64,000 nucleotides of DNA from a virus, in the IMG/VR virus record IMGVR_UViG_3300019776_000212, positions 1 through 64,000 of that record, one strand, 5' to 3'. The notes below the pieces were generated by a model. That model ran no database searches. It was given only the letters and a program-made list of their open reading frames with translations, and was not told the DNA's origin. Positions 19,628 through 30,735 of this stretch are shown in pieces (positions within the stretch are counted from its first letter, which is position 1; every line of letters starts with the position of its first letter). The translations under genes were made by a program, and so were the position numbers.

Positions 19628-20088
19628 GAGAAGCAGTGGCAATCTTCTTCTTTGGTATTTTACTGTTTGTCATTGGCATTGCGTTCCAGAGTGCAGCAAA
19701 ACCTTACACTGAAATGCGGACACGGACGATCACCCTGATCGACGCGTATGAGTCGTACAATGAGTATGGTGAGCGATCTCTGAAAGGTACAGCCCTTGAT
19801 AACAAGCTCAACCACGAGTTTGTTGTGAGTTTGTCAACTCAACACTACCAACAGTTTATGTCCAATCGACAGCCCATCAAAGGGTTAGAAGTGAAAACTA
19901 GCCTGCAACGGATGGAATATCCGGGTACACCAGATGGTAAAATCTTCTTTGGCATGTTCTTTGCTACTGTTGGTGTGATTTTGGCAATTATTGGTGTGAT
20001 TGTGTTCTTCTATAAACTCTCTGAGTATCGCAGAGAAAAAGCACACCGAGTAAAGCAAAAAGAGTATGAAAAACGCTTCGGATGGTGA
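19624..20088 (+). CDS. two-TM membrane protein
   Basis: N- and C-terminal hydrophobic helices; terminator at 20097-20120. Confidence 0.65.
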   Translation: MREAVAIFFFGILLFVIGIAFQSAAKPYTEMRTRTITLIDAYESYNEYGERSLKGTALDNKLNHEFVVSLSTQHYQQFMSNRQPIKGLEVKTSLQRMEYPGTPDGKIFFGMFFATVGVILAIIGVIVFFYKLSEYRREKAHRVKQKEYEKRFGW

Positions 20089-20138
20089 TACAATACAGGG
20101 CGCCCAAGTGGCGCCCTTTTCATTTACAGGAGAAACAT

Positions 20139-20450
20139 ATGACTTACGCCTCACCTTACGTAGACGTCTACGGACGCACAATCACAATGTATGTGGGAAA
20201 TATGCCGCTTAACGGTGATGAAACAGCCGCATATCAAGCCCTGCTCCAGAAGCTCCCTCCAGACCCAACTTGTGGGATTCAAATCAAAAAGTGGTTTGAC
20301 TACTATCCAACAGTACAGTTCTTTGGTATTATGATTGGACTCAGGGACATGACAGTAGCTCAAAGCACTGAGGTGCTTGTCCCTTACGCTGATTTCGACA
20401 TGAGGGCGGTGCCATGGGACAAACTGAACAGAATCAAGGAGTGTGTGTAA
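20139..20450 (+). CDS. hypothetical protein
   Basis: AGGAG RBS. Confidence 0.6.
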   Translation: MTYASPYVDVYGRTITMYVGNMPLNGDETAAYQALLQKLPPDPTCGIQIKKWFDYYPTVQFFGIMIGLRDMTVAQSTEVLVPYADFDMRAVPWDKLNRIKECV

Positions 20451-20800
20451 TCTGTGGTAATGTGGAGCCACCGTTTTGGTGGCTTTCCTATGAAATCAAC
20501 CCTACTATTCCTTGTGCACCAGATATGAAGCCAAGGGTATTTTACCCAAGCTTTGAAGCTGCATTGGATGTGTGGGGACAATTGGAGGGATGTACGAATG
20601 ATGTGGACGCTGATTTTGACGACCGTACTGCACAGCCCGTATTATCGGCAAAGTAGTGCAATCGAAACTGAGATGTTGCCGGGATTTTCCAGTGAACTTG
20701 CATGTAAAAACGCTGGCTACGCCTCTCCAACACCTAGTGGCGGGACTGAGAAGTACGTAGTGGAGAAGAAGTGGGCGTGCGTACCAATGGGTGAACTCCC

Positions 20801-21247
20801 ATGATGTACAAACCGGAGGATGATGGTAGGACACACATCAACATTTTCAGCAAAGGCAACACAGAGCTTGGGCGTTGGATGTCCAACTTCGCAAAGCAGA
20901 CGATGACGTGCCCAGAGCATGGAACGTTCGACTCGATGGAAGGATTCTGGTACTGGCTCAAGACTGGTAAGCAGCATGACGACCTTCGTTACTTGCATGG
21001 TGCTTTAGCCAAGCAGCTGGGGCGAACATTTGAACCTGTCTATTTTGACCCAGATGAATTCAACCGGCAGATTCTCCTGATGATCAACAAGAAAATCAGA
21101 GGCAATCCTAAAATGCGCATGCAACTTGCAAACTCCACCTTGCCATTCACCCATTACTACGTGTACAATGGCACCATCAAACAAGCTGGGTATGAGTGGA
21201 TTACTGAGCACTGGGAACGTATTAGGGGGAAGCTGCGTGGAGAGTAA
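20801..21247 (+). CDS. NADAR-like (T4 gp30.3-like) protein
   Basis: MSNF...FDSMEGFW..K...G..AKQLGR pattern recalled for NADAR/gp30.3. Confidence 0.55.
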   Translation: MMYKPEDDGRTHINIFSKGNTELGRWMSNFAKQTMTCPEHGTFDSMEGFWYWLKTGKQHDDLRYLHGALAKQLGRTFEPVYFDPDEFNRQILLMINKKIRGNPKMRMQLANSTLPFTHYYVYNGTIKQAGYEWITEHWERIRGKLRGE

Positions 21248-21700
21248 GTATTCTGTGAGGTCTGGCTGGGAAACTTTTAGGGACTTGATGGTGGCCTTTT
21301 GCATCATCGGGTTGGTGGCTTGGGTTGTGCTTACACCAAAGCACAAAGAAACGCCTGAACAGGCTTGCAAGAAGATTGGTGGTGTGGTAGCCTACACCGC
21401 TCTTAAAAACGAGAAAATCTGTATTAAAGGAGGTGTTCATGGGTAAGTTTGAAGCTGTTGTTTGTACTCTGTGTGCAGTCTGGCTGGTTGGGCTCATTGC
21501 CATGGGTGTTAATGGGGCTCGGGATCAGGCTGTATTCAAAGCAGTTTGCAAGGATCGTGGTGGTGTCGTAATGACCTACGAAGGTGACAGCATCTGCATG
21601 CCAGAAGCTGTTCTGGAAGTCCAGAGCAAGATCTAAACTAAGGCCGGGCGTGTCCCGGCTTTTTCACGCCAAAATTTTATCGCCCTAAGTAGGGCTAAGG

Positions 21701-22132
21701 ATGAATGTGCGGCCAACATATGAAAGACAGTATGATTTAGACAATGAAGCCCAAGTTGTGGCTAGAATTGAAAAGTGGGCTACCTGCAAGCTCACAAAGA
21801 CTGGCAAGTTTGCACACTGGGACTTTGAAGCCTACCGTGGGGTTGCCCAAGTGGCTGTGATAGAGTTCAAATGTCGCACAAACCCAAGGCTCAAGTATCC
21901 TACATACATGATCAGTGCACGGAAATGGGAGCACCTGCATACGTTCTCAAGACGGACCAAGAAACCTGCCATACTTGTAGTGCAATGGACCGACTACCTT
22001 GGTTACATTGTTGTGGGCAACCCACCAGTGCAAATTTCTACAGGTGGAAGGGTTGACAGAGGTGATGCGCAAGATATAGAATCTGTCGTACTGATTGACA
22101 TCAAACACTTTAAGGAGATACCTGATGGATAA
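21701..22132 (+). CDS. putative PD-(D/E)xK nuclease
   Basis: WDF...VIEFKCR motif. Confidence 0.6.
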   Translation: MNVRPTYERQYDLDNEAQVVARIEKWATCKLTKTGKFAHWDFEAYRGVAQVAVIEFKCRTNPRLKYPTYMISARKWEHLHTFSRRTKKPAILVVQWTDYLGYIVVGNPPVQISTGGRVDRGDAQDIESVVLIDIKHFKEIPDG

Positions 22133-22710
22133 AGTAGCTGAACTGCTGAGCCTTCCAAGCGTAGACGCTAAGGAAGTGGTGCACGATCTTCTTGTTGAGA
22201 TTGCGAGACTGCGGGGCAACAATGAGCAAATCTTGGAGCTGGTCAAGCGACAACGAGAGCAGAGCGAGGCTCTGGTTAAAGACATGAACCGTGTGCACCA
22301 AGAGGAAATTCAAAAGCACATGGCAAAACATGCAGAGCACCTTACACATCTGGAACAGATCAACGAAATCTGTGCAGGAACTACTATCATGGTGGATTGC
22401 CGCAAGTGCGGGTGTAAATATGAGCTGCCCTGTGACGTGTCTGAGTATGATCCAGAAATGTCTTACTGCGGTAAAGGAGGTCCAAGCCCATGTCTGCCTT
22501 GATCGGACTCCTCCTTGCTGCACTCTTTGGTGGGGTGGTCGCGGCCTTTGTCCCGTTCATCATGATTGCAATTGCATTTGGAGGTTGGTATGAGTGACTG
22601 GCCAGAACTTGAGGATGTAGACCGTCCTTGCGGACCCGGTAACGGATACTGTGGATGGTGCGGCAACTGTGCACAACATGCCGAAGACTTGAGAGAGCAG
22701 GAGGACGAAT

Positions 22711-23166
22711 ATGAGTAAAATCTTTGTGCACATGGATGAAGGCTGGCCCGGTGCTGTACGCACAAAGCGTGGAGGTGAGAATGGAGACTCAATCTGGCAT
22801 ATCCGTGCAGACCATCAGAGCGACGAGACAGCTGCTTATGCGTATGGCCTGTGTGGTGTGGAAGCACAGCTTGTAGCTTTCGAAGTACGCCCTGATGTTC
22901 GGTCTATCATGTACATGTTCTCAAGGCTCCGTCGTACACCGGGTTACGACGTAGAGGGTGCACCAATCTGTATCTGGTGGGAGCTTGACTACAAAGAACG
23001 TGCAGTGTCTTACATCCGTATCGGGTACCGCACACTGCAAGCCCCGTATTTCAGCCTGCCTATTGAGCGGCAAGAGTTTATCGAAAGAATTGAGGAAGAG
23101 CTTGACAAGGTGTTCCCACCAGAGTTATTCTCCCTCCCATACAACAACTGGAGAGACACTCTGTGA
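22711..23166 (+). CDS. hypothetical protein
   Basis: GGAGG RBS; chained with 23163-23477. Confidence 0.6.
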   Translation: MSKIFVHMDEGWPGAVRTKRGGENGDSIWHIRADHQSDETAAYAYGLCGVEAQLVAFEVRPDVRSIMYMFSRLRRTPGYDVEGAPICIWWELDYKERAVSYIRIGYRTLQAPYFSLPIERQEFIERIEEELDKVFPPELFSLPYNNWRDTL

Positions 23167-23477
23167 ACAAAGGAACAACAAATCGAGGCTTTGACATCTT
23201 CACCTTCACAGATCGTTATGGTGAGGGGTGTTCACTCCAGAAGAGCAGTCTCGTATCTGAGGACGCTATCTGGCTGGGCATTGATGACCCAAGCCCTAAG
23301 ATCATGGCATCGGAGGCTTCTTTGCACGGTGTAGATACAGATGCAACTGTTGGTTGGGTGGAGTACCCAATCCCCAAAGAAGTGCTTGTGAGTACGCGGA
23401 TGCACCTTACCCGTGAACAAGTGGCAGAGCTTCTGCCTGTGCTCCAACACTTCGCAGATACGGGTGAGCTTCCATGA
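23163..23477 (+). CDS. conserved phage hypothetical protein
   Basis: F.DRYG..CSLQKSS...IWLG...RMHL pattern common in phages. Confidence 0.65.
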   Translation: MNKGTTNRGFDIFTFTDRYGEGCSLQKSSLVSEDAIWLGIDDPSPKIMASEASLHGVDTDATVGWVEYPIPKEVLVSTRMHLTREQVAELLPVLQHFADTGELP

Positions 23478-24007
23478 CAAAGATCGAAGCTCTTGAATAT
23501 GCACTCCAACGTGTGCGAAACTACAACGACAGGGTGTACCTTCAATTCCTGATAGCCGTGGAGAAACGTAAATGAAACGGGAATTTGAATTCCGTGATGC
23601 AAAAGGCTTTTGCCGCTTGTGCGGATACACCAGTCATGATAAGATGGTTGTCATTCCAGCCAAGATGGCAGGAAAACATCTCAGCATTATCCTGTGCCAA
23701 GGATGCATCGTCTATCTGAAAGCCTATGTAGAAACGTCCAATACGGAGAACCCATAATGATTGAAGTTGGTACTAAGGTAAGAGTAAAAGAAGGTGCACA
23801 CATTAAAGACCTGTATGGCTTGAAAGTGGGTGACGTCATCACCACCTGTGATGCACCAGAAGGCTTGGAGAAGTTTGATATATGGATGAATCGTTTCGAA
23901 AACCTGCACGTGGCTTACGAGGGGGATTGGGACTTCTGTGAAACCTTCTGCATCGCCACCGACCAAGAGCAGTTTCACAGAGACTTTGAAATCTTGGAGG
24001 ACAAATA

Positions 24008-24436
24008 ATGCGTACACTGGTTGCAATCTTCACCCTCATCATTCTGATTATGGCCATCAAATCCACAAGCGACAATGCTTGGACGCAGAAGCGTTCTGTA
24101 AACGCTCTCATCACTGAGAAGTGGGAGGACTGGAGTGGTGAAGCCCGAAACCCCTACAAAGTACTGTTCGCAGTAACTATTGAGGATAACCGGTCCATCA
24201 CTGGCTCTGTAACAACCACATACTACGAGAAGGGTTACCTTGGTGCACTGGAGTACAGTAAAGCTGTGGCCGGAGAGACAACCCGAGTGTACACCACAAG
24301 CTTCAAAGACCTTGGTGTAACCCCTACATATGAACAAAAGGAAAAAGACTTCTGGAATAAGTTTTGGGTATTCTGGATGCTCATTTGGCCATTTTTCTGC
24401 CTCCTGATGCTCATGCACTGGTATGAAAACCGCTAA
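24008..24436 (+). CDS. two-TM membrane protein
   Basis: GGAGG RBS; terminal TM segments. Confidence 0.65.
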   Translation: MRTLVAIFTLIILIMAIKSTSDNAWTQKRSVNALITEKWEDWSGEARNPYKVLFAVTIEDNRSITGSVTTTYYEKGYLGALEYSKAVAGETTRVYTTSFKDLGVTPTYEQKEKDFWNKFWVFWMLIWPFFCLLMLMHWYENR

Positions 24437-24445
24437 CAGACAAGA

Positions 24446-24483
24446 GAAAGCCCCGGCACTCTAACGAGTCCGGGGCTCTTTTA
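24446..24483. terminator. bidirectional intrinsic terminator between convergent units
   Basis: AGCCCCGG...CCGGGGCT flanked by A-rich and T-rich tracts. Confidence 0.7.
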
Positions 24484-24509
24484 CATCTACTGATGTACAC
24501 CTTAAGGTA

Positions 24510-25145
24510 TTATTGGTACAACGACAAATCATCTTTAGAAGCGTAATTGATTTCAAAGCGGATCATGCTGAATCCAGCTGGAGTGGTTCCACCATCTCCT
24601 TGCCACTCTTCTGCACCACCAACACCAGCCTTCACCTTAAGCCACACTTGTTCTGGCATGATGAAGTAGTGTTGCCCAACTCCATCAATACTCCATTCCA
24701 AATACTGTGTGCACGCTTCATCAAGATAAAGGGCGACGGAGCTGTTCCCTGTTGGGCTTTCCTCTGAGCTAGTCCAGTTGCCTCCACTCAAATACGAGTA
24801 CCCAGCATGTGCACCAGCCATATACTCAGGTGCGTGCCACTTCAACACAAACTCTGTACCTTCTGGCGAGTCTTTTGGCAAGTGGTATGTGTTACGCCAG
24901 TATGTGTGCATGTAAGTGTTGCTTGGCGTCACCGACACAGGGAGACCTGTATCACCATCAAACACAACCATGTCATCCTCAGATCCACCACCCATGTAAT
25001 TCTGCATATGCACAATGGCCTGCCTTACATAAGGGTTTGGGATGGCTGATTCACCTGAACCGTCTAGGGCAAAATACCCTTCCTTAACAGCACCCAATAC
25101 ACCAAGCTTGGCTACTGATTCATACTGTGATAGTCTGTTAGACAT
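24510..25145 (-). CDS. hypothetical protein (stand-alone, possibly virion-associated)
   Basis: 211-aa ORF with GGAG RBS, opposite to the upstream operon. Confidence 0.7.
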   Translation of the reverse strand: MSNRLSQYESVAKLGVLGAVKEGYFALDGSGESAIPNPYVRQAIVHMQNYMGGGSEDDMVVFDGDTGLPVSVTPSNTYMHTYWRNTYHLPKDSPEGTEFVLKWHAPEYMAGAHAGYSYLSGGNWTSSEESPTGNSSVALYLDEACTQYLEWSIDGVGQHYFIMPEQVWLKVKAGVGGAEEWQGDGGTTPAGFSMIRFEINYASKDDLSLYQ

Positions 25146-25562
25146 TCTTTCTCTCCATAGAAAATAGGTTTACTTCATGTAAACCCTTTACCAAGTATAC
25201 CACATCCCGCCCCAGAGAGGCAACACCTCTTTTGCACGGAAATCCCAATCCCCGCCAGAAAAATAATCACTTCGTTCACCTTACCTCTGGCCCGCCCTCG
25301 GAAAGTAATCTTGTGAGAAGTGTGCGGCTTCTGTGTGAGGGTCAGAAAGTAATTCACTGCGTTCTTACTTTCTTGTGGTTCAAATTGGTGAGAATCTTGC
25401 GCGTCCCCCGAGGTGCTTAACCCATCACCCACACCCCACTTCGATCCCGTAGCAATCTGAAAATAATTAGCAAGCTCAGCAACTGATGGAATTAATGTGT
25501 TCTCCATCTGGGCACGGATTGTGCATTCCATTCACACCCGGCCTGTCAAACCTTCCACACTG

Positions 25563-25574
25563 TTAGCTTGCTAA
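25563..25574. promoter_or_regulatory. SlyA/MarR-type palindrome TTAGCAAGCTAA
   Basis: ttagcttgctaa is the reverse complement of the SlyA consensus; related sites at 25467, 28455, 36308, 36350. Confidence 0.5.
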
Positions 25575-25659
25575 TCAACAATCAGAAGCTGCACACAACA
25601 GGGCTTATTATTGTGAGGACGTTCCACCACTGTGAGGGTGTTCCACTAGCGGAAAGTGT

Positions 25660-25675
25660 TGTTCCACGTGGAACA
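25660..25675. promoter_or_regulatory. parS: chromosomal-type parS site
   Basis: Perfect palindrome TGTTCCACGTGGAACA; GTTCCAC half-sites at 25621 and 25640. Confidence 0.75.
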
Positions 25676-25860
25676 CTGTGCACCCAGCAAACCCTATCAA
25701 CACTACCCCAAAACTCTATACTTATTTTTGTATAGGATTGTGTATATAGAATTATGTATTAGCGACGCATAATATATAGAGGAACGTAGGTCTGTAATGT
25801 GAGGGTGTTTGTAACACTGTGAGAGGGTGTATTGACTGGTAGGGCGCATACTCTCAACCT

Positions 25861-25876
25861 TGGCACACCTTATGCA
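25861..25876 (+). promoter_or_regulatory. sigma54 -24/-12-like box
   Basis: TGGCACACCTTATGCA (GG-N10-GC). Confidence 0.45.
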
Positions 25877-26349
25877 GGGTACTATGTGTGCTGCCGCACA
25901 ATTATAGGCGCTAGAAAGGGGCTTCGCTTAGCACCCACGCTAGTCGCTCTCCGGGGCGTAGGGAGAAACAACCCATATAGCACGTTTTCGTAGTGTTTCA
26001 GCCCTTCTAACCGTAGGTTAGGCTAGTACCCTCAAAGCCACAAACTACGTGGCTTACAGCCTGTTTTAGAGCCTTTCAAAGCGTATGCTTTGGGTAGTAC
26101 ATTCCTTATGCCTTTGGCATAGAATTTTGAGGTTTATTTAGGGTTTTTGTTATATTTGTTTATATCAATTGTAAGCATACAATGAGGGCAAACAATGGCC
26201 TATCGGCCAGCCCGAACATACCCCTATCGCTTCGCTTTCCGTGTACAACCCTTTAGAGCCAGATGGCTCTAGATATTGTGTCTCACTCAAAGCTTACGCT
26301 TTGATCGTGTACAAAGAAAAGCCCCACCTTGTTAGGGGTGGGGTAGTGG

Positions 26350-26619
26350 TCATGGAATCATGTCCTCTTGGAAATGTTTGGTTTGGAATTCGATGCTCTC
26401 AATCACTTGAGGGCTTGCACCGATGTTGTAACGCTTGATCCAATCTAACAGTTGTTGCTCATCACCCCAAAGGGCGTAGAACTCTTGATCTTTGGCTTGA
26501 GTGTTCTTGTCAGCTTCCACTTGAGTGTAGGCATGATCGATTACGTAGTCGCTGCACTCCGTCTTATCAGTGGCGAAGCTGTAGGCACACACTAGGGCGA
26601 TGGTTGCAAAGATGGACAT
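26350..26619 (-). CDS. early-region protein with an N-terminal signal peptide
   Basis: MSIFATIALVCAYSFA; GGAG RBS; terminator downstream at about 26312-26345. Confidence 0.6.
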   Translation of the reverse strand: MSIFATIALVCAYSFATDKTECSDYVIDHAYTQVEADKNTQAKDQEFYALWGDEQQLLDWIKRYNIGASPQVIESIEFQTKHFQEDMIP

Positions 26620-27326
26620 TTCGAAACTCCAATGTTTTCTACTGCCAAAGCCCCAGTTAAGGGGCTTGTGGGTGGCGGGGTTTGCAATCAGCTCACGTAA
26701 ACCTTGTCTCCCGCATAGGTGGTCGCGTTGCTCGCGAGGCAATCCAAGGTGCTGACAAGCATAACGCCAGACACGATGCTTACCGTGCCGTCATTGTTGA
26801 CGCAAAAGATCGTGGAGTAGGAGACTTCGCCAGCAGGGATTGAGCATGTAGTGACTACGGCGCCTTCATGGTTCATGGTTGCTGCTTTCATCGTCTTGCC
26901 CTCCGGGGCTTTGATCGTTTCGATAGGTGCCATTCTACAGTGTTGGAATGAGCTGTCAACACCTAAATTCCACTTTTATTACGCCCTCTTCGTGCGTAAT
27001 CTTGACCAACGAAGCTATGGCGCTCCCATCGTGCTTGGCGTTGCTTTGGTGACCAATAGCCGTCAAGATACATGACAATCACAACAACTACAGACATCAG
27101 AAGCATAAAGCAGATTAGTACCATCAGGAATGGCTGCCAACTTGTACACATTATTTAGCTTCCTTAGCTTGCTTCCAAGCTTTGTCTAGGGCTTTGGTGT
27201 TACGTTGCATGACGATGGTTTCTTTGGTGTACAGGTCACGAAAGATGCGTTTGATGGTCATGGCGTTTGTCTCTGTGTTGGTGTGAGGGCATTCTATCAA
27301 GTGTGAATGCCCTGTGCAACCTTTGT

Positions 27327-27767
27327 TTATGCCTTTTTCAGGCTTTCGAGCAGTTGTTTTTGTTGCTCTACTTCGTACTTGAGCTGGCTGTATTTGCCAA
27401 CCACTTCACCCTTTTCACCCAAACCGTTTTGAACGCGGCTTGCGTAGTATTCAGCGTCTTCAAGGTGCATGTAGATTGGTGCGTTGAGAACGTTGGTAGA
27501 GTAACCCAGTTCGGCGTTACTGCAAATACGACCTTCACCAATCACGATGATGAAACCTTGTACTTGCTCATTGTCGAGCAATGCAGCTTCAAGCTTGGCA
27601 ATATAACTTTCGGTGTCGGTGATGATTTTAGCGAATGGGCTTTGCATGGCTTTGTACTCTTTGTGGAAGTGTTTCAGGCAGTGTTTAAAGATAGTGGCGT
27701 AGACACCACCCTCAGCGTTTGCCATTACGGTGCGGGTTAGTTCGTGTGCTTTGGCCATTACGTTCAT
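27327..27767 (-). CDS. early hypothetical protein
   Basis: Own promoter and AGGA RBS. Confidence 0.7.
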   Translation of the reverse strand: MNVMAKAHELTRTVMANAEGGVYATIFKHCLKHFHKEYKAMQSPFAKIITDTESYIAKLEAALLDNEQVQGFIIVIGEGRICSNAELGYSTNVLNAPIYMHLEDAEYYASRVQNGLGEKGEVVGKYSQLKYEVEQQKQLLESLKKA

Positions 27768-27867
27768 TGCTTTACTTCCTAGTTGTGAAAGGCTTTGTGC
27801 CTTTCGATGGGGTTATTCTATCAAACTGAACAACCCCGTCAACACATTTATGCATCTATTTTCAAAT

Positions 27868-28257
27868 TTATTCCACTACCAATGACCATGTTGCACGGTC
27901 ATTACCCTGTACAGTGTAGCCACCTTCACGCTCTACCCAATGCACAGGCATAGCGCTATCAGCTTCACGGGTAAGGCATACAGAGTCAAACACGGCAACG
28001 CCTTTAACATCATGCGGGCACTCGTACACACGCTTAGCTTTGAGCCACAACAGGCAACCATAATGACGGATTACATCACCCTCTTTGAGCTCATGAGTAT
28101 TGCGGTTTACAGTACCAGCTTTAGCCAGCTTGGCTAGGCGCTTGCCATGGGAGTGGCACAGGCTTAGAGCTGCACAGAACGCTACCTTGTAAGGCATCGG
28201 ACGCTTAGAGATCAGTTTGCGGGCTTGTTTGTGGGCTTCTTTCATGACGTTGTACAT
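27868..28257 (-). CDS. early hypothetical protein
   Basis: N-terminus similar to that of 27327-27767. Confidence 0.65.
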   Translation of the reverse strand: MYNVMKEAHKQARKLISKRPMPYKVAFCAALSLCHSHGKRLAKLAKAGTVNRNTHELKEGDVIRHYGCLLWLKAKRVYECPHDVKGVAVFDSVCLTREADSAMPVHWVEREGGYTVQGNDRATWSLVVE

Positions 28258-29572
28258 TGTGTGCATCCTGTTTGGTTTAGTGTGTCTTGCTATCCCCAAT
28301 CCGTGTATGCCCGGAAGCCTATTCCTTGGGGGAGAACTCGAAGTCATTTAAGCGTTTTAGTCTTCGATGCCGCTTTATGGTGTCCATTCTACAGGGATGG
28401 ATAGTGGAGTCAACAAGTATTTTCAATTATTTTCGTTAGGGTGCTAATGGGTGATTAGCTAGCTAAGTATTTTCAATTGGGATGAAAAAGCCCGCTCAAG
28501 GCGGGCTATTGTGATTACAGCGGTTTGAGCTTGTCGTCGGGCCCCCACGTACCACTCTCAAAGAACTTATCAGACTGGTTATCTGCGTACTCCCAACCTA
28601 AGTAGAAGCACTGCCACTTACCTTGCCACTTGGCGTACAGGTTGTTATCTGCTTTGTGTGTTGGTTCAAGCTGTTGCCAGCTAAGCTCTTCAAACACTTT
28701 AGGAACGACGTTGTAACCCTCTGATACTTGAGGGCAGCAGGTGCCGGAGCGCGTATATTCGGCGTCCACGCTGATCACCTTGCCGCTCTCACAATGGAAG
28801 TGTGTGACGTTGATTGAACTGGTGTCCACGCCAACAACAGTTTCACCAATGAAAGCCTCAAAACCACGCTCAATCTTTTGCATTTAGAAACCCCCATACG
28901 AAAGCATATTGAAGAACCAAACAATGGCACCAGAGCACCACACACCAGAGCCAAAACCTTTACTGACCATGCAGGTGACACCAGAGACAACAAACATTAC
29001 ACAAGACAAGAGAAGCATATATCACCTCACTAAATTAGATGTTTTGACCATATAGGCCGGGACGTTATCGCTTGGCTCATATGGCCAGCCTTGCTTTGCC
29101 CATGCCTCAAAGCGTTCTTTGATTTGTTTTGCATGGGCTTTGTCTAATGGTGTGGCCCTCACGAAGGGCGGATTACCGGTCTTTGCCACTGTCAGCCTCA
29201 GGTTGTGCTTTGCACGGCTATCATGGTGCAACCTGATTTCAAGCTTCACGGCTTCACCTTGAGCAACAGGCGGCAGCCGTAGGCGTAAACGTCCCCACCA
29301 ATCTCGCCACGGTCGTAACAATCCACAAGATCACGTATGGATTGGCGCCACACTTCGATGAATACGGGCTGACCTTTCATTGCTTCAAATTGCTGGATTA
29401 GGTGATGATCGTACATTAGTTAAGCTCCACGTGCCATTTGCCATTGTGTTTGAAGAGTTTGCAACGTTGACCAGCTTGGGCATGCGCCCCGGCCACTAGC
29501 CATGCTTCTTTGTAATCCATTCCTGCCGCTCCGTTTGTGTATGGCCCCATTTTACAGGGGCCAGCTTGAGAG

Positions 29573-30175
29573 TCAAGCGTTTTCGTGAATGAATTCTTCC
29601 ATATCCACTGTGCGAAGCTCGAAGTCATACAGCGATTCAATCAAGGCGTAGTTACTGCCAGCTTCGTGCATAATATCAACAGTGGTGGCCAAACCTTGCG
29701 GGATCTCTTCCTTATTGAACAGTGTATTATCCCAGACGCAAAGCAGGGCTGGGATACAGTCCCATTGATCAAAGGTTTCAGTGCGGATCTCTACAATCCA
29801 AGATGGATCAAAGCTTTCACATGCAATAGAACGTGCGTTAGGCATACGGTCGCTGTCACCATGGCAACTATAATCAAGATCTAGTTTGTCGTCTGGAATG
29901 TCACACACCAAAACAACAACCAAACCACCTTGACCTTTTGCAGCGTATTGCAGTCGGGCAGCTTCGAATGACTGGTTTGCAGCAGCCGTGCGGCAATCGT
30001 CAGCCTCGTCCTCTGGGCAGTACCCGTGATCACCGCCTGTAGAGTTGGCGTCGTAAAAGTACATGATGCCGTCGTTATCGCTGACAGTCCAAGGGGCGTG
30101 GACTAGGCTCTTGCCTTCTTTGGACATGATAGCTTTGAAGCCTGCCAGTGTAGTGCCGTGGGTGACGATTGCCAT
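29573..30175 (-). CDS. early acidic hypothetical protein
   Basis: Own promoter; N-terminal THGT motif. Confidence 0.65.
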   Translation of the reverse strand: MAIVTHGTTLAGFKAIMSKEGKSLVHAPWTVSDNDGIMYFYDANSTGGDHGYCPEDEADDCRTAAANQSFEAARLQYAAKGQGGLVVVLVCDIPDDKLDLDYSCHGDSDRMPNARSIACESFDPSWIVEIRTETFDQWDCIPALLCVWDNTLFNKEEIPQGLATTVDIMHEAGSNYALIESLYDFELRTVDMEEFIHENA

Positions 30176-30543
30176 GATACTCTGCCTTTTGGTGTAGGGA
30201 GCTTTGTGCTCCCTTGTGGCTGCCATTCTACGCTATCGGGGTGGCAAGTCAATAGGTCTATACAAAGAATCTGCATGTTTTGCTGCACAAGCTTTGATGG
30301 CCATATTCCACTCATAGCCCAGAAGGTTTTTAGTGCTTCTGACGCAGGCAAGGTAGATGCGCTTTGCCCTTTCGTGATCGGCGACTGGAACGTCTGGAGG
30401 GTTGGCCGGATTGAGTATTGAAAGCACAGCTTGCAAAGCAATCATGGCACCGCACAGTGCAAGGAATTCGGCCACACGTTTGCAATAGTGGCCCACAATG
30501 AACTCCAGTTCGCTAACATCGGTAGGTTTCTTGCTCATATCCA

Positions 30544-30735
30544 TTAGCTGATCCCCATAAGAGCGTGCTTGCAATGACACTGCAGATTTTTGATTGTCCG
30601 ATGATCACTCGGGCTTCGACTTGCAAACACTGGCTTGGCCGCGTTTGGGTGTGTGAGTTTCAAATGCTTTCGATTGCTTTCGTCCACGGTCCAACCCGGT
30701 AGAGTTGCTTTGATTTCTTTAACCCACTTACTCAT
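30544..30735 (-). CDS. HicA-like small protein
   Basis: GW......KHLKLTHP....V..S.SPSD. Confidence 0.55.
   Translation of the reverse strand: MSKWVKEIKATLPGWTVDESNRKHLKLTHPNAAKPVFASRSPSDHRTIKNLQCHCKHALMGIS

Noticed and set aside
25175-25531. 118-aa minus-strand ORF, and likewise 36171-36515
   Set aside because: Atypical composition, no clear RBS, and overlap with motif-rich non-coding blocks
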